From IMG/VR virus record IMGVR_UViG_3300044630_001234: a stretch of DNA of 64,000 bases, one strand, 5' to 3'. The position numbers were made by a program, and so were the translations under genes. The notes under the pieces were generated by a model. That model was not told the origin of the DNA. It made no database searches and saw only the letters and a program-made list of their open reading frames with translations. The DNA comes from a virus. Shown piece after piece: positions 1 to 8,401 of the stretch; positions within the stretch are counted from its first letter, which is position 1; the number at the start of each line of letters is the position of its first letter.

Positions 1-120
1 CATACATTCCTGCACAATCAACTCGGCGAACCGTTCCATAAACTTTGTCTGCTCTTCCCAAGAATCACTTTGAGTTGTTTTAGCAGCCTCTTCCCAAAGT
101 TGTTTAATTCGTTCGTTCAT
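1..120 (-). CDS. MNER-family small protein, partial (N-terminus in window, C-terminus beyond the left edge)
   Basis: Minus-strand ATG at ~118-120 opens MNERIKQLWEEAAKTTQSDSWEEQTKFMERFAELIVQEC.... Same N-terminal motif as the paralogs at 117..335 and 1000..1254. ATGA overlap with the stop of the upstream gene. Confidence 0.5.
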   Translation of the reverse strand, partial: MNERIKQLWEEAAKTTQSDSWEEQTKFMERFAELIVQECM

Positions 121-335
121 TCTTCAACTCCGAAATGTTCACGTATCTTTCTACCAATTGCACTTCTAGGATGTTTACAGTTTATATGTTCCTCACAGGT
201 ACAATCCTTCACATAATCATCCGCAATACCAACACATTCCTGAACAATTAACTTGGCGAACTTTTGTAATGTTGGGCTAGGTTCATAAGCAAAGCCAGCC
301 TGTTCAGCAAGTTGTCGAATTCGTTCGTTCATCAT
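117..335 (-). CDS. MNER-family small protein (72 aa)
   Basis: Track ORF. N-terminus MMNERIRQLAEQAG, core FAKLIVQEC, C-terminus HFGVEE. Start overlaps the stop of the upstream gene (GAATGATGAAC). Confidence 0.55.
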   Translation of the reverse strand: MMNERIRQLAEQAGFAYEPSPTLQKFAKLIVQECVGIADDYVKDCTCEEHINCKHPRSAIGRKIREHFGVEE

Positions 336-520
336 TCAACTCCGAAATGTTTCTTTGCGGCATTCCATCCATATTGAAATGCTTCCCATTCTAGTTCATC
401 GTAACCATAAGCACCTGTCATAACGCTGTGCGACCTTGAATCCGATGTGTCGTCAAGAAACTTGTCAAACATATCTGATTGTTCTTGGGTGTCCCAATCT
501 TCTTTCATTCGTTCGTTCAT
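332..520 (-). CDS. MNER-family small protein (63 aa; start moved to the internal MNERM)
   Basis: Track ORF 332..604. The paralogs all start MNER, and the MNERM ATG at 518-520 lies in an ATGA-type junction with the stop of 522..758. C-terminus KKHFGVE. Confidence 0.5.
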   Translation of the reverse strand: MNERMKEDWDTQEQSDMFDKFLDDTSDSRSHSVMTGAYGYDELEWEAFQYGWNAAKKHFGVE

Positions 521-521
521 G

Positions 522-758
522 TTATTTCCAGAATTTGTACCAAGGCTTTTTAGATACAGGTTTCTCTTCGAAGTAGAGTGCATCAGGACCACATTTTTCT
601 TCAATCATGCCGGCATACTGCAAGGGTTTACTGCGTGTTATGTGTGGAAATTTAGCATTAATGGAGCCATCAATTATAGAATATCCATTTTGGGGTGCAT
701 GGCACCAATGTGAACTGTACCCTTTTGAATAATACTTACAGTCTTTGCATAATTTCAT
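522..758 (-). CDS. small Cys-rich hypothetical protein (78 aa)
   Basis: Track ORF. CKDCKYY...HWCH, a likely zinc-ribbon-like N-terminus. Sits inside the coupled array. Confidence 0.45.
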   Translation of the reverse strand: MKLCKDCKYYSKGYSSHWCHAPQNGYSIIDGSINAKFPHITRSKPLQYAGMIEEKCGPDALYFEEKPVSKKPWYKFWK

Positions 759-1003
759 TCTTCAACTCCTAGATACAAAGGCTCTATGCCCAACTCGCCA
801 ATGTTTTCAGTATAGTAGTAAACCAATCCAATGTCGGGAACAACCCCGCCCCATGGTTCTTGTCCTGGGTATTGTGGCTCTAGATAACATGGAAACAATG
901 GCATGAGCTTTTTCTCCACACTTGATCCAGTCTCAGGAAATTCAAAGTTGCCTGGACCCATGATACATCTATATCGCTTGCTGATATATCCGTATGGTGT
1001 CAT
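755..1003 (-). CDS. small hypothetical protein (82 aa) with an LGVEE C-terminus
   Basis: Track ORF. The C-terminal ...LYLGVEE encodes GGAG immediately upstream of the next start, as in the MNER paralogs. Confidence 0.45.
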   Translation of the reverse strand: MTPYGYISKRYRCIMGPGNFEFPETGSSVEKKLMPLFPCYLEPQYPGQEPWGGVVPDIGLVYYYTENIGELGIEPLYLGVEE

Positions 1004-1254
1004 AGCTCAACTCCAAAATGTTTTTTAATTTTTACGGCAAGTTTATCATACAAAACCCATCGACCATGAAGATCTACAATGCTGGCACATTCCCGCACAA
1101 TCAACTCGGCGAATTTCTCATTGAACTGTGTATGCCAACCTATATGTCCATCTTCCCAAATCTTCCCAGGAGTTTTACTTCTAACAGGGCCAGTATAAAC
1201 TTCATTCACATAGTCACCAGCCTGTTCAGCAAGTTGTCGAATTCGTTCGTTCAT
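1000..1254 (-). CDS. MNER-family small protein (84 aa; start at MNERIRQ)
   Basis: Track ORF 1000..1278. The MNERIRQLAEQAG start at 1252-1254 overlaps the stop of 1251..1487 (ATGA). C-terminus KKHFGVEL. Confidence 0.55.
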   Translation of the reverse strand: MNERIRQLAEQAGDYVNEVYTGPVRSKTPGKIWEDGHIGWHTQFNEKFAELIVRECASIVDLHGRWVLYDKLAVKIKKHFGVEL

Positions 1255-1487
1255 AACTTTTCTCCGCAATGCGGACACAGTTTGGTATTGGCTTTACGCA
1301 TTTCTTTCAGTGTCTTGGTGAGTTTACGAGCATCGGTCAAGTGACTTTTGATTATCTTACGGTCTCGTTCGTGTTTGGCCTTGCCCAATTCAGCTTTGAG
1401 GTGCAGTTTCATTTTGGCCAGGCGGCCTTCAAAGATTTCAATAAAGCCTGTTATGCCCGGACTACTGCTTGTTGGAGTACCACTCAT
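1251..1487 (-). CDS. small basic protein with a C-terminal CPHCG motif (78 aa)
   Basis: Track ORF. Lys/Arg-rich and helical, with a C-terminal CxxC. Confidence 0.45.
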   Translation of the reverse strand: MSGTPTSSSPGITGFIEIFEGRLAKMKLHLKAELGKAKHERDRKIIKSHLTDARKLTKTLKEMRKANTKLCPHCGEKL

Positions 1488-1630
1488 TTTCTACCCCACA
1501 GGAACTTTAAAGACAGTCCGTCAACTAGCCCTTTCTTGAAAGGTGTATCAGGTGCCCATGCAATATAACCAAACACCACTCCATTCACATACATCAATAT
1601 CATGAGTAGTACTATTTCAAATTCACTCAT
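1484..1630 (-). CDS. small membrane protein (~48 aa), not in the ORF track
   Basis: Manual translation gives MSEFEIVLLMILMYVNGVVFGYIAWAPDTPFKKGLVDGLSLKFLWGRK. ATGA overlaps with both neighbours continue the translational coupling chain. Confidence 0.35.
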   Translation of the reverse strand: MSEFEIVLLMILMYVNGVVFGYIAWAPDTPFKKGLVDGLSLKFLWGRK

Positions 1631-1869
1631 TTTCGTAGACCTTTAATATCTTTATACTTGACACGAATAATAGTGTGCCATTCTAAGCCAATCTTCATAG
1701 GCAGATCCAGACTGATACTGACCATAGGACCTTCTATTTCATTACGCATATTATCTGTGTAGGCAGTGCCCACATATGGGATCTTCATATACACACCTTC
1801 GACCCTATCCCCAAACTTGTATTTGGGTTTAGGGCGATTGGCTTCAAAGTATTCTGCTAGACTAGGCAT
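1627..1869 (-). CDS. hypothetical protein (80 aa)
   Basis: Track ORF. Tightly packed with its neighbours. Confidence 0.45.
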   Translation of the reverse strand: MPSLAEYFEANRPKPKYKFGDRVEGVYMKIPYVGTAYTDNMRNEIEGPMVSISLDLPMKIGLEWHTIIRVKYKDIKGLRK

Positions 1870-1872
1870 AGT

Positions 1873-2733
1873 TCATACCTCAAAGTACAGACCAGGTTCA
1901 AACCCGTTACCATCTTCCCAGGGAGTATAACCTCTTGGGTTTGCAAGCACACGAGTATCACCAATCTTATAGTCAACAGGATCATGCATGTGACCATGCA
2001 CCCATACCTTGATGTTAGGATGATCAAGAATGAACTCGCTCAACTCACTAGCATATCCACCGTTAGTTGTGGTCTCGTGTTTGTACTTTTCGTTTACGCT
2101 GGCAAAGCTAGGAGCCATGTGTGTGATTACAACAACAGGTATGTCTCTTTTTTCTTCTAGCATAAACTTAAAATATTCTTTAGTTTTTCGATGTTCTGCA
2201 AAGGTGTGGTCGGGAGTTAATTTGTAGTATAGACTCTTTTCAGGATAGAAGTTTTGTACAACTTTGTAGTCGTTCATAAAATTCTTGATTGTATAAACAG
2301 TAATAGGATCACCTTTGTTAAGGTCAGTCCATAATGTAGCACCCAGGAACAGGACACCTTCATACTCAAAGCATTCTTTTTCAAGAAGCATAACGTTTTT
2401 AGGCAATATGGCTTTAAGATCGTTGTATGTTTTGTCAAAGCGGTGATGATAGTGCTCATGATTACCCATAACCATAAACACCTGTTTGTATTTGGCGCAT
2501 TCGCTGTAGAAGAAGTCATAGGCTTTGAATGCACCCGGAACACGATCTAACAATTTAGTCTTGTGAAAATCATTCTTTAGAGTACGGTATTCGCAAATAT
2601 CACCTGCCAGAATGAGTACATCACCACCTGGCAATTCCTGGTAGCCAAATTCTAAATGTAAATCACTGACTAAATGCACAATCATGGTATCTCCTAATGT
2701 ACTTATTATACATGATTTTACCTTATCTGTCAA
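1873..2733 (-). CDS. calcineurin-like metallophosphoesterase
   Basis: Motifs VSDLHLEF, LAGDICE, MGNHEHY, ITHMAP and VHGHMHDP, the canonical D-H / GD / GNH / H / GH metal ligands. Confidence 0.7.
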   Translation of the reverse strand: MTDKVKSCIISTLGDTMIVHLVSDLHLEFGYQELPGGDVLILAGDICEYRTLKNDFHKTKLLDRVPGAFKAYDFFYSECAKYKQVFMVMGNHEHYHHRFDKTYNDLKAILPKNVMLLEKECFEYEGVLFLGATLWTDLNKGDPITVYTIKNFMNDYKVVQNFYPEKSLYYKLTPDHTFAEHRKTKEYFKFMLEEKRDIPVVVITHMAPSFASVNEKYKHETTTNGGYASELSEFILDHPNIKVWVHGHMHDPVDYKIGDTRVLANPRGYTPWEDGNGFEPGLYFEV

Positions 2734-2753
2734 GAGGTAAAACTGTGAGTGTA

Positions 2754-3101
2754 TTAGATAATGACTGGCTTTTTAAGGGCTCTATCACTATAAAGTTTAT
2801 GACCGCGTTCGCGAATCAAGTCGGCTGTTTCTTGGGGATAGTCTTCCCACTGTTCTCGCCAAAACTTTTCATCCATCTCTTCTGCACAATCAACAGCATA
2901 AATTTCATAATGGCGTTGTGTATTAAATCGTGCTCGTAATAACATACTTCGAACGATACTATCCAACGGATTTCTTTCTGTAGGTTTATCGCTCAGCATG
3001 TTGATGAGATTCTGTTTGTCGTGATGCTCGTATTGAGTAATGGGCACGATTGCTTCAATACCCAAATGATCCCAACTGAAGATGAATGCATTTGTAGTCA
3101 T
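2754..3101 (-). CDS. hypothetical protein (115 aa)
   Basis: Track ORF. No recognisable motif. Confidence 0.45.
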   Translation of the reverse strand: MTTNAFIFSWDHLGIEAIVPITQYEHHDKQNLINMLSDKPTERNPLDSIVRSMLLRARFNTQRHYEIYAVDCAEEMDEKFWREQWEDYPQETADLIRERGHKLYSDRALKKPVII

Positions 3102-3174
3102 GTACTATTATACTGGTCAAACCAGTATCTAGTCAATTGGATTTTTTGCCGGTAAATAATACAAAGGACATATT

Positions 3175-3594
3175 ATGGATAAAATTAAAAAAGCAATTTG
3201 GATGACTTTGGGATTTATTTGTTTGGGCATTGCATACATTGGAGTAGTAACGCCTGGAATTCCCTGGTCAACTCCTACTGTAGGTGCTGCCTATTGTTTT
3301 GCTAAGAGCAGTAAAAGATGGCACGACTGGATTATGAATCATAAACTGTTTGGTCCATTTCTACGTAACTGGTCTGAGAAGCGAGTGTTTCCTGTAACGG
3401 GCAAATGGGCCATGGTTATTACTATGGACATTAGTTTAATTATCTTATGGTTTACTACGTATAATTGGAAACTAGTTGCAGGCGTAGGGGCCGGAATGGC
3501 ACTCTGTGCAATCTGGGCATTACGTTACCCTAGCAGTCCTGAAGAGTATGAAGAACGCAAAGCAGCCGGAAAGAAAATTGGTTGGTTTAAATAG
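3175..3594 (+). CDS. YbaN/DUF454-family inner-membrane protein
   Basis: Four predicted TM segments. The sequence pattern LGFICLGIAYIGVVTPGIP...RW is typical of DUF454. One of the few plus-strand genes. Confidence 0.55.
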   Translation: MDKIKKAIWMTLGFICLGIAYIGVVTPGIPWSTPTVGAAYCFAKSSKRWHDWIMNHKLFGPFLRNWSEKRVFPVTGKWAMVITMDISLIILWFTTYNWKLVAGVGAGMALCAIWALRYPSSPEEYEERKAAGKKIGWFK

Positions 3595-3600
3595 TCAAAA

Positions 3601-3626
3601 GAAAAGGGCCAATGGCCCTTTTCCTT
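3601..3626. terminator. bidirectional rho-independent terminator
   Basis: aaaagGGCCAttGGCCcttttcc: a perfect hairpin flanked by A-runs and T-runs between convergent genes. Confidence 0.6.
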
Positions 3627-3637
3627 TTTATTACTAA

Positions 3638-4438
3638 TTACTTGTTCATCATCAGTGCATTAAAGTTACTTGGAACAACAATGGTCTGCACACGACCCAT
3701 CTTGATACCTTCCGAGATGTTCAACATGGCCTGTGCCTGCATAAATGCAATTGAACTGCCGCTATTATTAGCCAATGCTGCCATACGACGACTTTCAGCT
3801 TCAGCAGTCTTAACTTCGACTTCCTTCTGCTTGAGTTCGTTCTTAGCTTTAACAAGTTCGTTAGCACTTGCTACAACTGAATCAGCTGGAACTACGTTAC
3901 GAATAAGAACTTGGCTGATCATGATAGAGCCATCCAACTTTTCTTCAGTAAGATTGCGAATGATCTCGTCCTTGATGAAGTTTTCCATGTCGGAGCGGGC
4001 ATCTGCCATATCCAATGCTTCATACTTGCGAGAGGCCTTGTAGATAGCATTACGAGCATTCTGCACAATGTAATTGTACATCACGAGTGTATCGCCATCC
4101 TTAGATTCAGCGTGGAAACTCTTGTTCTTGGTTGAGTACAATTCTGCAACACTTTGTGGGTTAATGTTGTAAACAACAACAGCATCTAACTCTTTCATGG
4201 TACTATTGTCTTTGGCTACGGGAGTCATATTCTCCAACACCACGTTCACATCCTTGATTGGGAATGTAAGAATATTACCAATAAGACTTTGATTAAACGA
4301 ACCCGGCAATAGTTCACCAGGTTGAACTTGCTTATCAAAGCCAACACGAACACCAACCTCACCTGTCTCAATACGAGTACAGCCTGTTGCCAAAACAACA
4401 GCAGAGGCAATAAGAGACAATTTTACAAAACGATTCAT
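3638..4438 (-). CDS. SPFH/band-7 (HflC/prohibitin-like) lipoprotein
   Basis: Start moved to MNRFVKLSLIASAVVLATGC (lipobox LATGC). Followed by an SPFH-like core and a C-terminal coiled coil (KAKNELKQKEVEVKTAEAE). Confidence 0.65.
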   Translation of the reverse strand: MNRFVKLSLIASAVVLATGCTRIETGEVGVRVGFDKQVQPGELLPGSFNQSLIGNILTFPIKDVNVVLENMTPVAKDNSTMKELDAVVVYNINPQSVAELYSTKNKSFHAESKDGDTLVMYNYIVQNARNAIYKASRKYEALDMADARSDMENFIKDEIIRNLTEEKLDGSIMISQVLIRNVVPADSVVASANELVKAKNELKQKEVEVKTAEAESRRMAALANNSGSSIAFMQAQAMLNISEGIKMGRVQTIVVPSNFNALMMNK

Positions 4439-4534
4439 TTTAAATAACTCCAGTAGAAAAAAGAAAGAAACAAACACTAAACCCTAGAACAAAATACAGT
4501 GGCCGTAGCAAGATGTCATTGATCATATAAGTCC

Positions 4535-4711
4535 TTAAAAAAGAAATACAATTCCAAACAATAGCAACATTGCTAGTGTAGCACTAACTATAGCATACAT
4601 TCCTGTCTTTGTCAAGAACGCTGCCTGAGCACCTGTCATCTTTTGAATTCTTTGAATGCCAAAATAAATTAGCACCGCAAGGAACAAAAAGAGTAAAATT
4701 ACTCCAACCAT
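4535..4711 (-). CDS. small two-TM membrane protein (~58 aa), not in the track
   Basis: MVGVILLFLFLAVLIYFGIQRIQKMTGAQAAFLTKTGMYAIVSATLAMLLLFGIVFLF: two hydrophobic helices. Confidence 0.35.
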   Translation of the reverse strand: MVGVILLFLFLAVLIYFGIQRIQKMTGAQAAFLTKTGMYAIVSATLAMLLLFGIVFLF

Positions 4712-4814
4712 ATATTATCCTTTAAGTTAAACAGACTAAACTTTCTATATTGTGTTTGCCTGTATGCAGTAATTATACATGAAAAAACCAGGCCTGTCGA
4801 CTGTTGATTTATCC

Positions 4815-4842
4815 AAAAAAATAGGAACCTAAGTTCCTATTG
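4815..4842 (-). terminator. rho-independent terminator after the GT2 gene
   Basis: On the minus strand: AATAGGAACttagGTTCCTATT followed by TTTTTTTGG. Confidence 0.55.
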
Positions 4843-4885
4843 CTGACTACTTATCACATTGTACGCCGTCAGCGGGCGAGTATTC

Positions 4886-5602
4886 TTAACTCCAATATCT
4901 AGATGAATCTAAACTATCCCAGTATGCTTTGTTGTTACGGTTAATAAAATTCTTAACTAGGTATTTGGCCATGCCAAGATAGCCCATCTTCTTAAATCTA
5001 CGACTGTCTTGTCCAAAGTGGTGTTTGACAATTCTAAACTTTCTTGGGCTGTACTTGCGTGACAAGAAGTAGTCTTCCGACGTTGAAAATTTCTCAGGAA
5101 AGCCGCCAAACTCTTCAAAACGGTCTCTACGTGTCAGCATAAATGCTCCGACAGCAAATGGTGAGAAATATTTCATAGCATGGTTTATGGTATTAAAAAT
5201 AATGAATCCCAGCTTGGCTCTAGGGTCTCGATCATAGCATTTGATTTTTAACCCAATAAGATCTAAATTTTTTGATTCAATTGCGTCAACAGCATCTTGA
5301 ATCACATTGTCTTTAAAGAAACGCACATCAGCATCGATGAACAGAATGTAGGGTGTAGTGACTAGGCGTGCTCCATTATTCTTAGCTAATGAAACGGGAC
5401 CCCCGTCAATGATTTCTACATTTAATTCACCTTTCATTATTTGAATAACTTCTCGTGTGTTATCAGTTGAGCAGTCAGCAATTATAATTCTAGTGTCACC
5501 TATGGATTGCTGACGTAAATGCATTAGCAGATGTGCTATGTAGTTTTCTTCATTCTTACAAGGTACCACGATGGTAATCTTATCACTTATTGTTTTTTGC
5601 AT
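4886..5602 (-). CDS. family-2 glycosyltransferase (GT-A fold)
   Basis: IVVPCKNEE...IIIADCSTDNT matches the GT2 signature (DxSxD-like ADCSTD). Followed by a FIDADV acceptor motif. Confidence 0.7.
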   Translation of the reverse strand: MQKTISDKITIVVPCKNEENYIAHLLMHLRQQSIGDTRIIIADCSTDNTREVIQIMKGELNVEIIDGGPVSLAKNNGARLVTTPYILFIDADVRFFKDNVIQDAVDAIESKNLDLIGLKIKCYDRDPRAKLGFIIFNTINHAMKYFSPFAVGAFMLTRRDRFEEFGGFPEKFSTSEDYFLSRKYSPRKFRIVKHHFGQDSRRFKKMGYLGMAKYLVKNFINRNNKAYWDSLDSSRYWS

Positions 5603-5623
5603 TGTCCTTCTACCTTAAAATTA

Positions 5624-6511
5624 TTAAACTTTAGTTGCCATTTCATTGACGCTAAGGTCATCTCGCAGCTTAGTTGATCTTTGAACGTTAGTTCTATTCT
5701 TCCCGGAACGTCCTGAGGATTGCTCACGTGAACTGCTATTAGTATCAATAACCACATCGTCATTCTCCTTGGTCCAAGTTACAATTTCCCAACGTCCATC
5801 ATGATGTTCTACAAGTGCTGTACATGATTCAACCCAGTCGCCATCATTCATATATGCTATACCATCTATCTCTTTAATCTCTGCGTGATGGATGTGTCCA
5901 CATATTACTCCATCGAATCCTCGTTTTTTACAGTAAGCCACTAGATTCTTTTCAAACTGAAATATAAAGTCCACTGCTTTCTTAACTCGTACTTTAAGAT
6001 ACTTGCTTAGACTCCAATAGCCAAATCCCATGCGATGCCTGATCCAGTTGAACTTGCTGTTAGCAGATAAAATAAAGTCGTAGGCCTTATCGCCAAGGAA
6101 TGCCAGCCACGGTGCTAGTCGAGTAATGCCGTCAAACAAGTCGCCGTGAGTGACTAGATAGTGTTTGGTGTCTACACCAATGTGTTCAAATTGATTAACC
6201 ACTTCCACATTACCAAAATTAATACCATATGGCATTAATGGACGGAGGAATTCATCGTGATTGCCTGCTACATAGATTACTCGTGTGCTACGTTTGGCAT
6301 GTCCCAGTATACGGCGAACCACGTTGGTATGGCTTTGTTTCCAACGCCATTTGTTTTGTTGTATGCGCCACACATCTAATATATCTCCAACGAGATAAAG
6401 TGTTTCGCATGTGTTGTGTTTGAGAAAGTTGTTTAACTTGTCTGCTTGACTATCCCTGGTCCCTAAGTGTACGTCAGAAATAAAGATAGAGCGATAAGTT
6501 TTCGGCGTCAT
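5624..6511 (-). CDS. LpxH-like (UDP-2,3-diacylglucosamine pyrophosphatase family) metallophosphoesterase
   Basis: SIFISDVHLG, LYLVGDILDVW, AGNHDEFL, THGDLFD and CGHIHH mirror the LpxH motif order. Confidence 0.6.
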   Translation of the reverse strand: MTPKTYRSIFISDVHLGTRDSQADKLNNFLKHNTCETLYLVGDILDVWRIQQNKWRWKQSHTNVVRRILGHAKRSTRVIYVAGNHDEFLRPLMPYGINFGNVEVVNQFEHIGVDTKHYLVTHGDLFDGITRLAPWLAFLGDKAYDFILSANSKFNWIRHRMGFGYWSLSKYLKVRVKKAVDFIFQFEKNLVAYCKKRGFDGVICGHIHHAEIKEIDGIAYMNDGDWVESCTALVEHHDGRWEIVTWTKENDDVVIDTNSSSREQSSGRSGKNRTNVQRSTKLRDDLSVNEMATKV

Positions 6512-6532
6512 ACCAATATTTATCGCTCTAGA

Positions 6533-6562
6533 GTGTGTGTAATGTTACAGTTGTGTTAAATT
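6533..6562. repeat. direct repeat, copy A (gtgtgtaatgttacagttgtgttaaatt)
   Basis: Matches the copy at 7193-7226 at 26 of 28 positions. Lies just downstream of the stop of the 189-aa gene. Confidence 0.7.
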
Positions 6563-7132
6563 TTATATTGGTAATGCTATCTGATATGCACCAGAGATAT
6601 CAAAGTGGCTAGCAGTATTTGTTGCAGAAACTGGAGTGGAAGATTTCCAAGCCAAATCTGTTGCGCTTCCAGAATAATATAATTTCATTATAGTTGTAGA
6701 ATCAGCAATATCTGTAATTCCTGCAATATGATAAATTGCATCATTAGGGGTAGGAGCATGTAAAGTTCCACCACGAATAGTCACAGTGTGAGCAGTTGGG
6801 AATGGTAGTGTAAATTGATATTGACTTGCAGAACCAAAGTCAGTAGTATTAGCGAAACTCACATTAATTCTAAAGTGGCAGATTAGTCCTTGAAGAACAT
6901 AAGTGCCAGTAGTAACAGTTCCAGCAAGAGTATTGCCAGTAACAGTTTTAAATTGTGGAGTGAATGATTGAAATGCAGTACCACCACCGAATGGGATACC
7001 ACCTGGAGTTGTACCATCAGATATACGGAGTGGAGTTGCACCACTCGGATCATAAAATATTTCGCCTACTCGTCCTACATGCGTCTCTGCGGTACCCGAT
7101 ACTGCTTTATTTACGAGTTTTCTTACAGTCAT
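6563..7132 (-). CDS. hypothetical Thr/Gly-rich protein (189 aa), bracketed by direct repeats
   Basis: Track ORF. AAAAGGA Shine-Dalgarno site 7 nt before the ATG. Beta-rich composition, possibly structural or a receptor-related accessory protein. Confidence 0.5.
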   Translation of the reverse strand: MTVRKLVNKAVSGTAETHVGRVGEIFYDPSGATPLRISDGTTPGGIPFGGGTAFQSFTPQFKTVTGNTLAGTVTTGTYVLQGLICHFRINVSFANTTDFGSASQYQFTLPFPTAHTVTIRGGTLHAPTPNDAIYHIAGITDIADSTTIMKLYYSGSATDLAWKSSTPVSATNTASHFDISGAYQIALPI

Positions 7133-7162
7133 ATACTATCCTTTTATTCTATAAAATATTTA

Positions 7163-7192
7163 TCCAAAAGAAAGGGCTACCGAAGTAGCCCT
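7163..7192 (-). terminator. rho-independent terminator after pstS
   Basis: On the minus strand: GGGCTACttcgGTAGCCC followed by TTTCTTTTGG. Confidence 0.6.
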
Positions 7193-7226
7193 GCTGTGTG
7201 TAAGATTACAGTTGTGTTAAATCTGT
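7193..7226. repeat. direct repeat, copy B (gtgtgtaagattacagttgtgttaaatc)
   Basis: See copy A. Lies between the pstS stop and its terminator. Confidence 0.7.
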
Positions 7227-7280
7227 ACCAAAGTCCATTTGTGTGTAAACGGTTTGCCTTCGGCCTTGTGTTTCAGTATC

Positions 7281-8285
7281 TTATTTGATCTGAGACCAGA
7301 CACGCTCACGGATCTGTTTTGTCAAACTGTCCGGTAATGCTACATAGTCTAAGTCTGCGGCATCTTTCTTGCCATTCTTAAATGCCCAATCAAAGAACTT
7401 TAGCACTTCGTCACTGTTGGCCTTGTTGGCAGGGTTCTTGTACATGATAATGAAACTGGCAGAACTTACTGGCCAGGCATTAGGATTCTTTTGATCCACA
7501 ATACTCAATCCCATTCCAGGCACACTGAACCAATCAGCGCCATCTGCGGCTGCGGCAAATGTTAGGTCATCTGGTGACACATACTTGCCTGATCGGTTTT
7601 GTAGTTGTAGAAATACCATATTGTTTTTCTTAACATAGGCATACTCTACATAACCGATACTACCTTTAATTCTATTCACATTGGCAGCAACACCTTCATT
7701 GCCTTTGCCACCGACTGAATTTGGTGAAGGCCATTTAACTGCCGCACCACGACCTACTCGGCTCAACCACTCGGGGCTAACTGTAGCAAGATAGTCTGTC
7801 CAGTTGAATGTTGTACCACTACCATCAGCACGATGTACAATGGTGATGTTTTCGTTAGGCAGGTTCTTGCCTGGATTCAATGCTGTTAATTTAGGGTCAT
7901 TCCACTTAGAGATATTACCCATAAACACTTCAGCCATTACTGGGCCGGTGATACGTAGTTCGCCCGGTTTGAAGCCATCTAAGTTCACTACAGGAACTGT
8001 TCCGCCGATGATAGCAGGGAATTGAACTTGACCATTCTTGTCTAAGTTTTCTCCGCTGACAGGTGCGTCAGTTGCTCCAAAGTCCACAGTCTTGGCATTG
8101 ATTTGACGAATGCCGCCGGATGACCCGATGCTCTGATAGTTCATACCGGTGCCTGTGGCTTTTTTGTAGCCTTCAGCCCACTTGGCATAGATTGGGAATG
8201 GGAAGGTGGCACCTGCACCTGTGATGTCTGCGGCTTGTACTGATACTGCCACCGCGGCAAATAAAATAGCAAATAATTTTTTCAC
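7281..8285 (-). CDS. pstS: phosphate ABC transporter periplasmic phosphate-binding protein PstS
   Basis: GTG start after an AAGGAG site gives the signal peptide MKKLFAILFAAVAVSVQA. The mature protein DITGAGATFPFPIYAKWAEGYKKATG...SIGSSGGIRQI is a canonical PstS. Confidence 0.85.
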   Translation of the reverse strand: MKKLFAILFAAVAVSVQAADITGAGATFPFPIYAKWAEGYKKATGTGMNYQSIGSSGGIRQINAKTVDFGATDAPVSGENLDKNGQVQFPAIIGGTVPVVNLDGFKPGELRITGPVMAEVFMGNISKWNDPKLTALNPGKNLPNENITIVHRADGSGTTFNWTDYLATVSPEWLSRVGRGAAVKWPSPNSVGGKGNEGVAANVNRIKGSIGYVEYAYVKKNNMVFLQLQNRSGKYVSPDDLTFAAAADGADWFSVPGMGLSIVDQKNPNAWPVSSASFIIMYKNPANKANSDEVLKFFDWAFKNGKKDAADLDYVALPDSLTKQIRERVWSQIK

Positions 8286-8365
8286 TGTAAGTCTCCTTGT
8301 GTTAGTGATATTAATATTTAAACACAAAATGATTACAGTATGATTACAATTTTAAGAAATTTTAG

Positions 8366-8399
8366 TCAAAAAAAGGACTCCTAAGAGTCCTTTTAAACC
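8366..8399 (-). terminator. rho-independent terminator after the vWA gene
   Basis: On the minus strand: AAAGGACTCttagGAGTCCTTT followed by TTTTTGAC. Confidence 0.6.
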
Positions 8400-8401
8400 G
8401 C

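Noticed and set aside
332-604. Extended 90-aa version of the third MNER paralog (start at 604), and likewise the 1278 start of the fourth
   Set aside because: The extended N-termini overlap the upstream genes in another frame. All paralogs align from the MNER start, which sits in the recurring ATGA junction.
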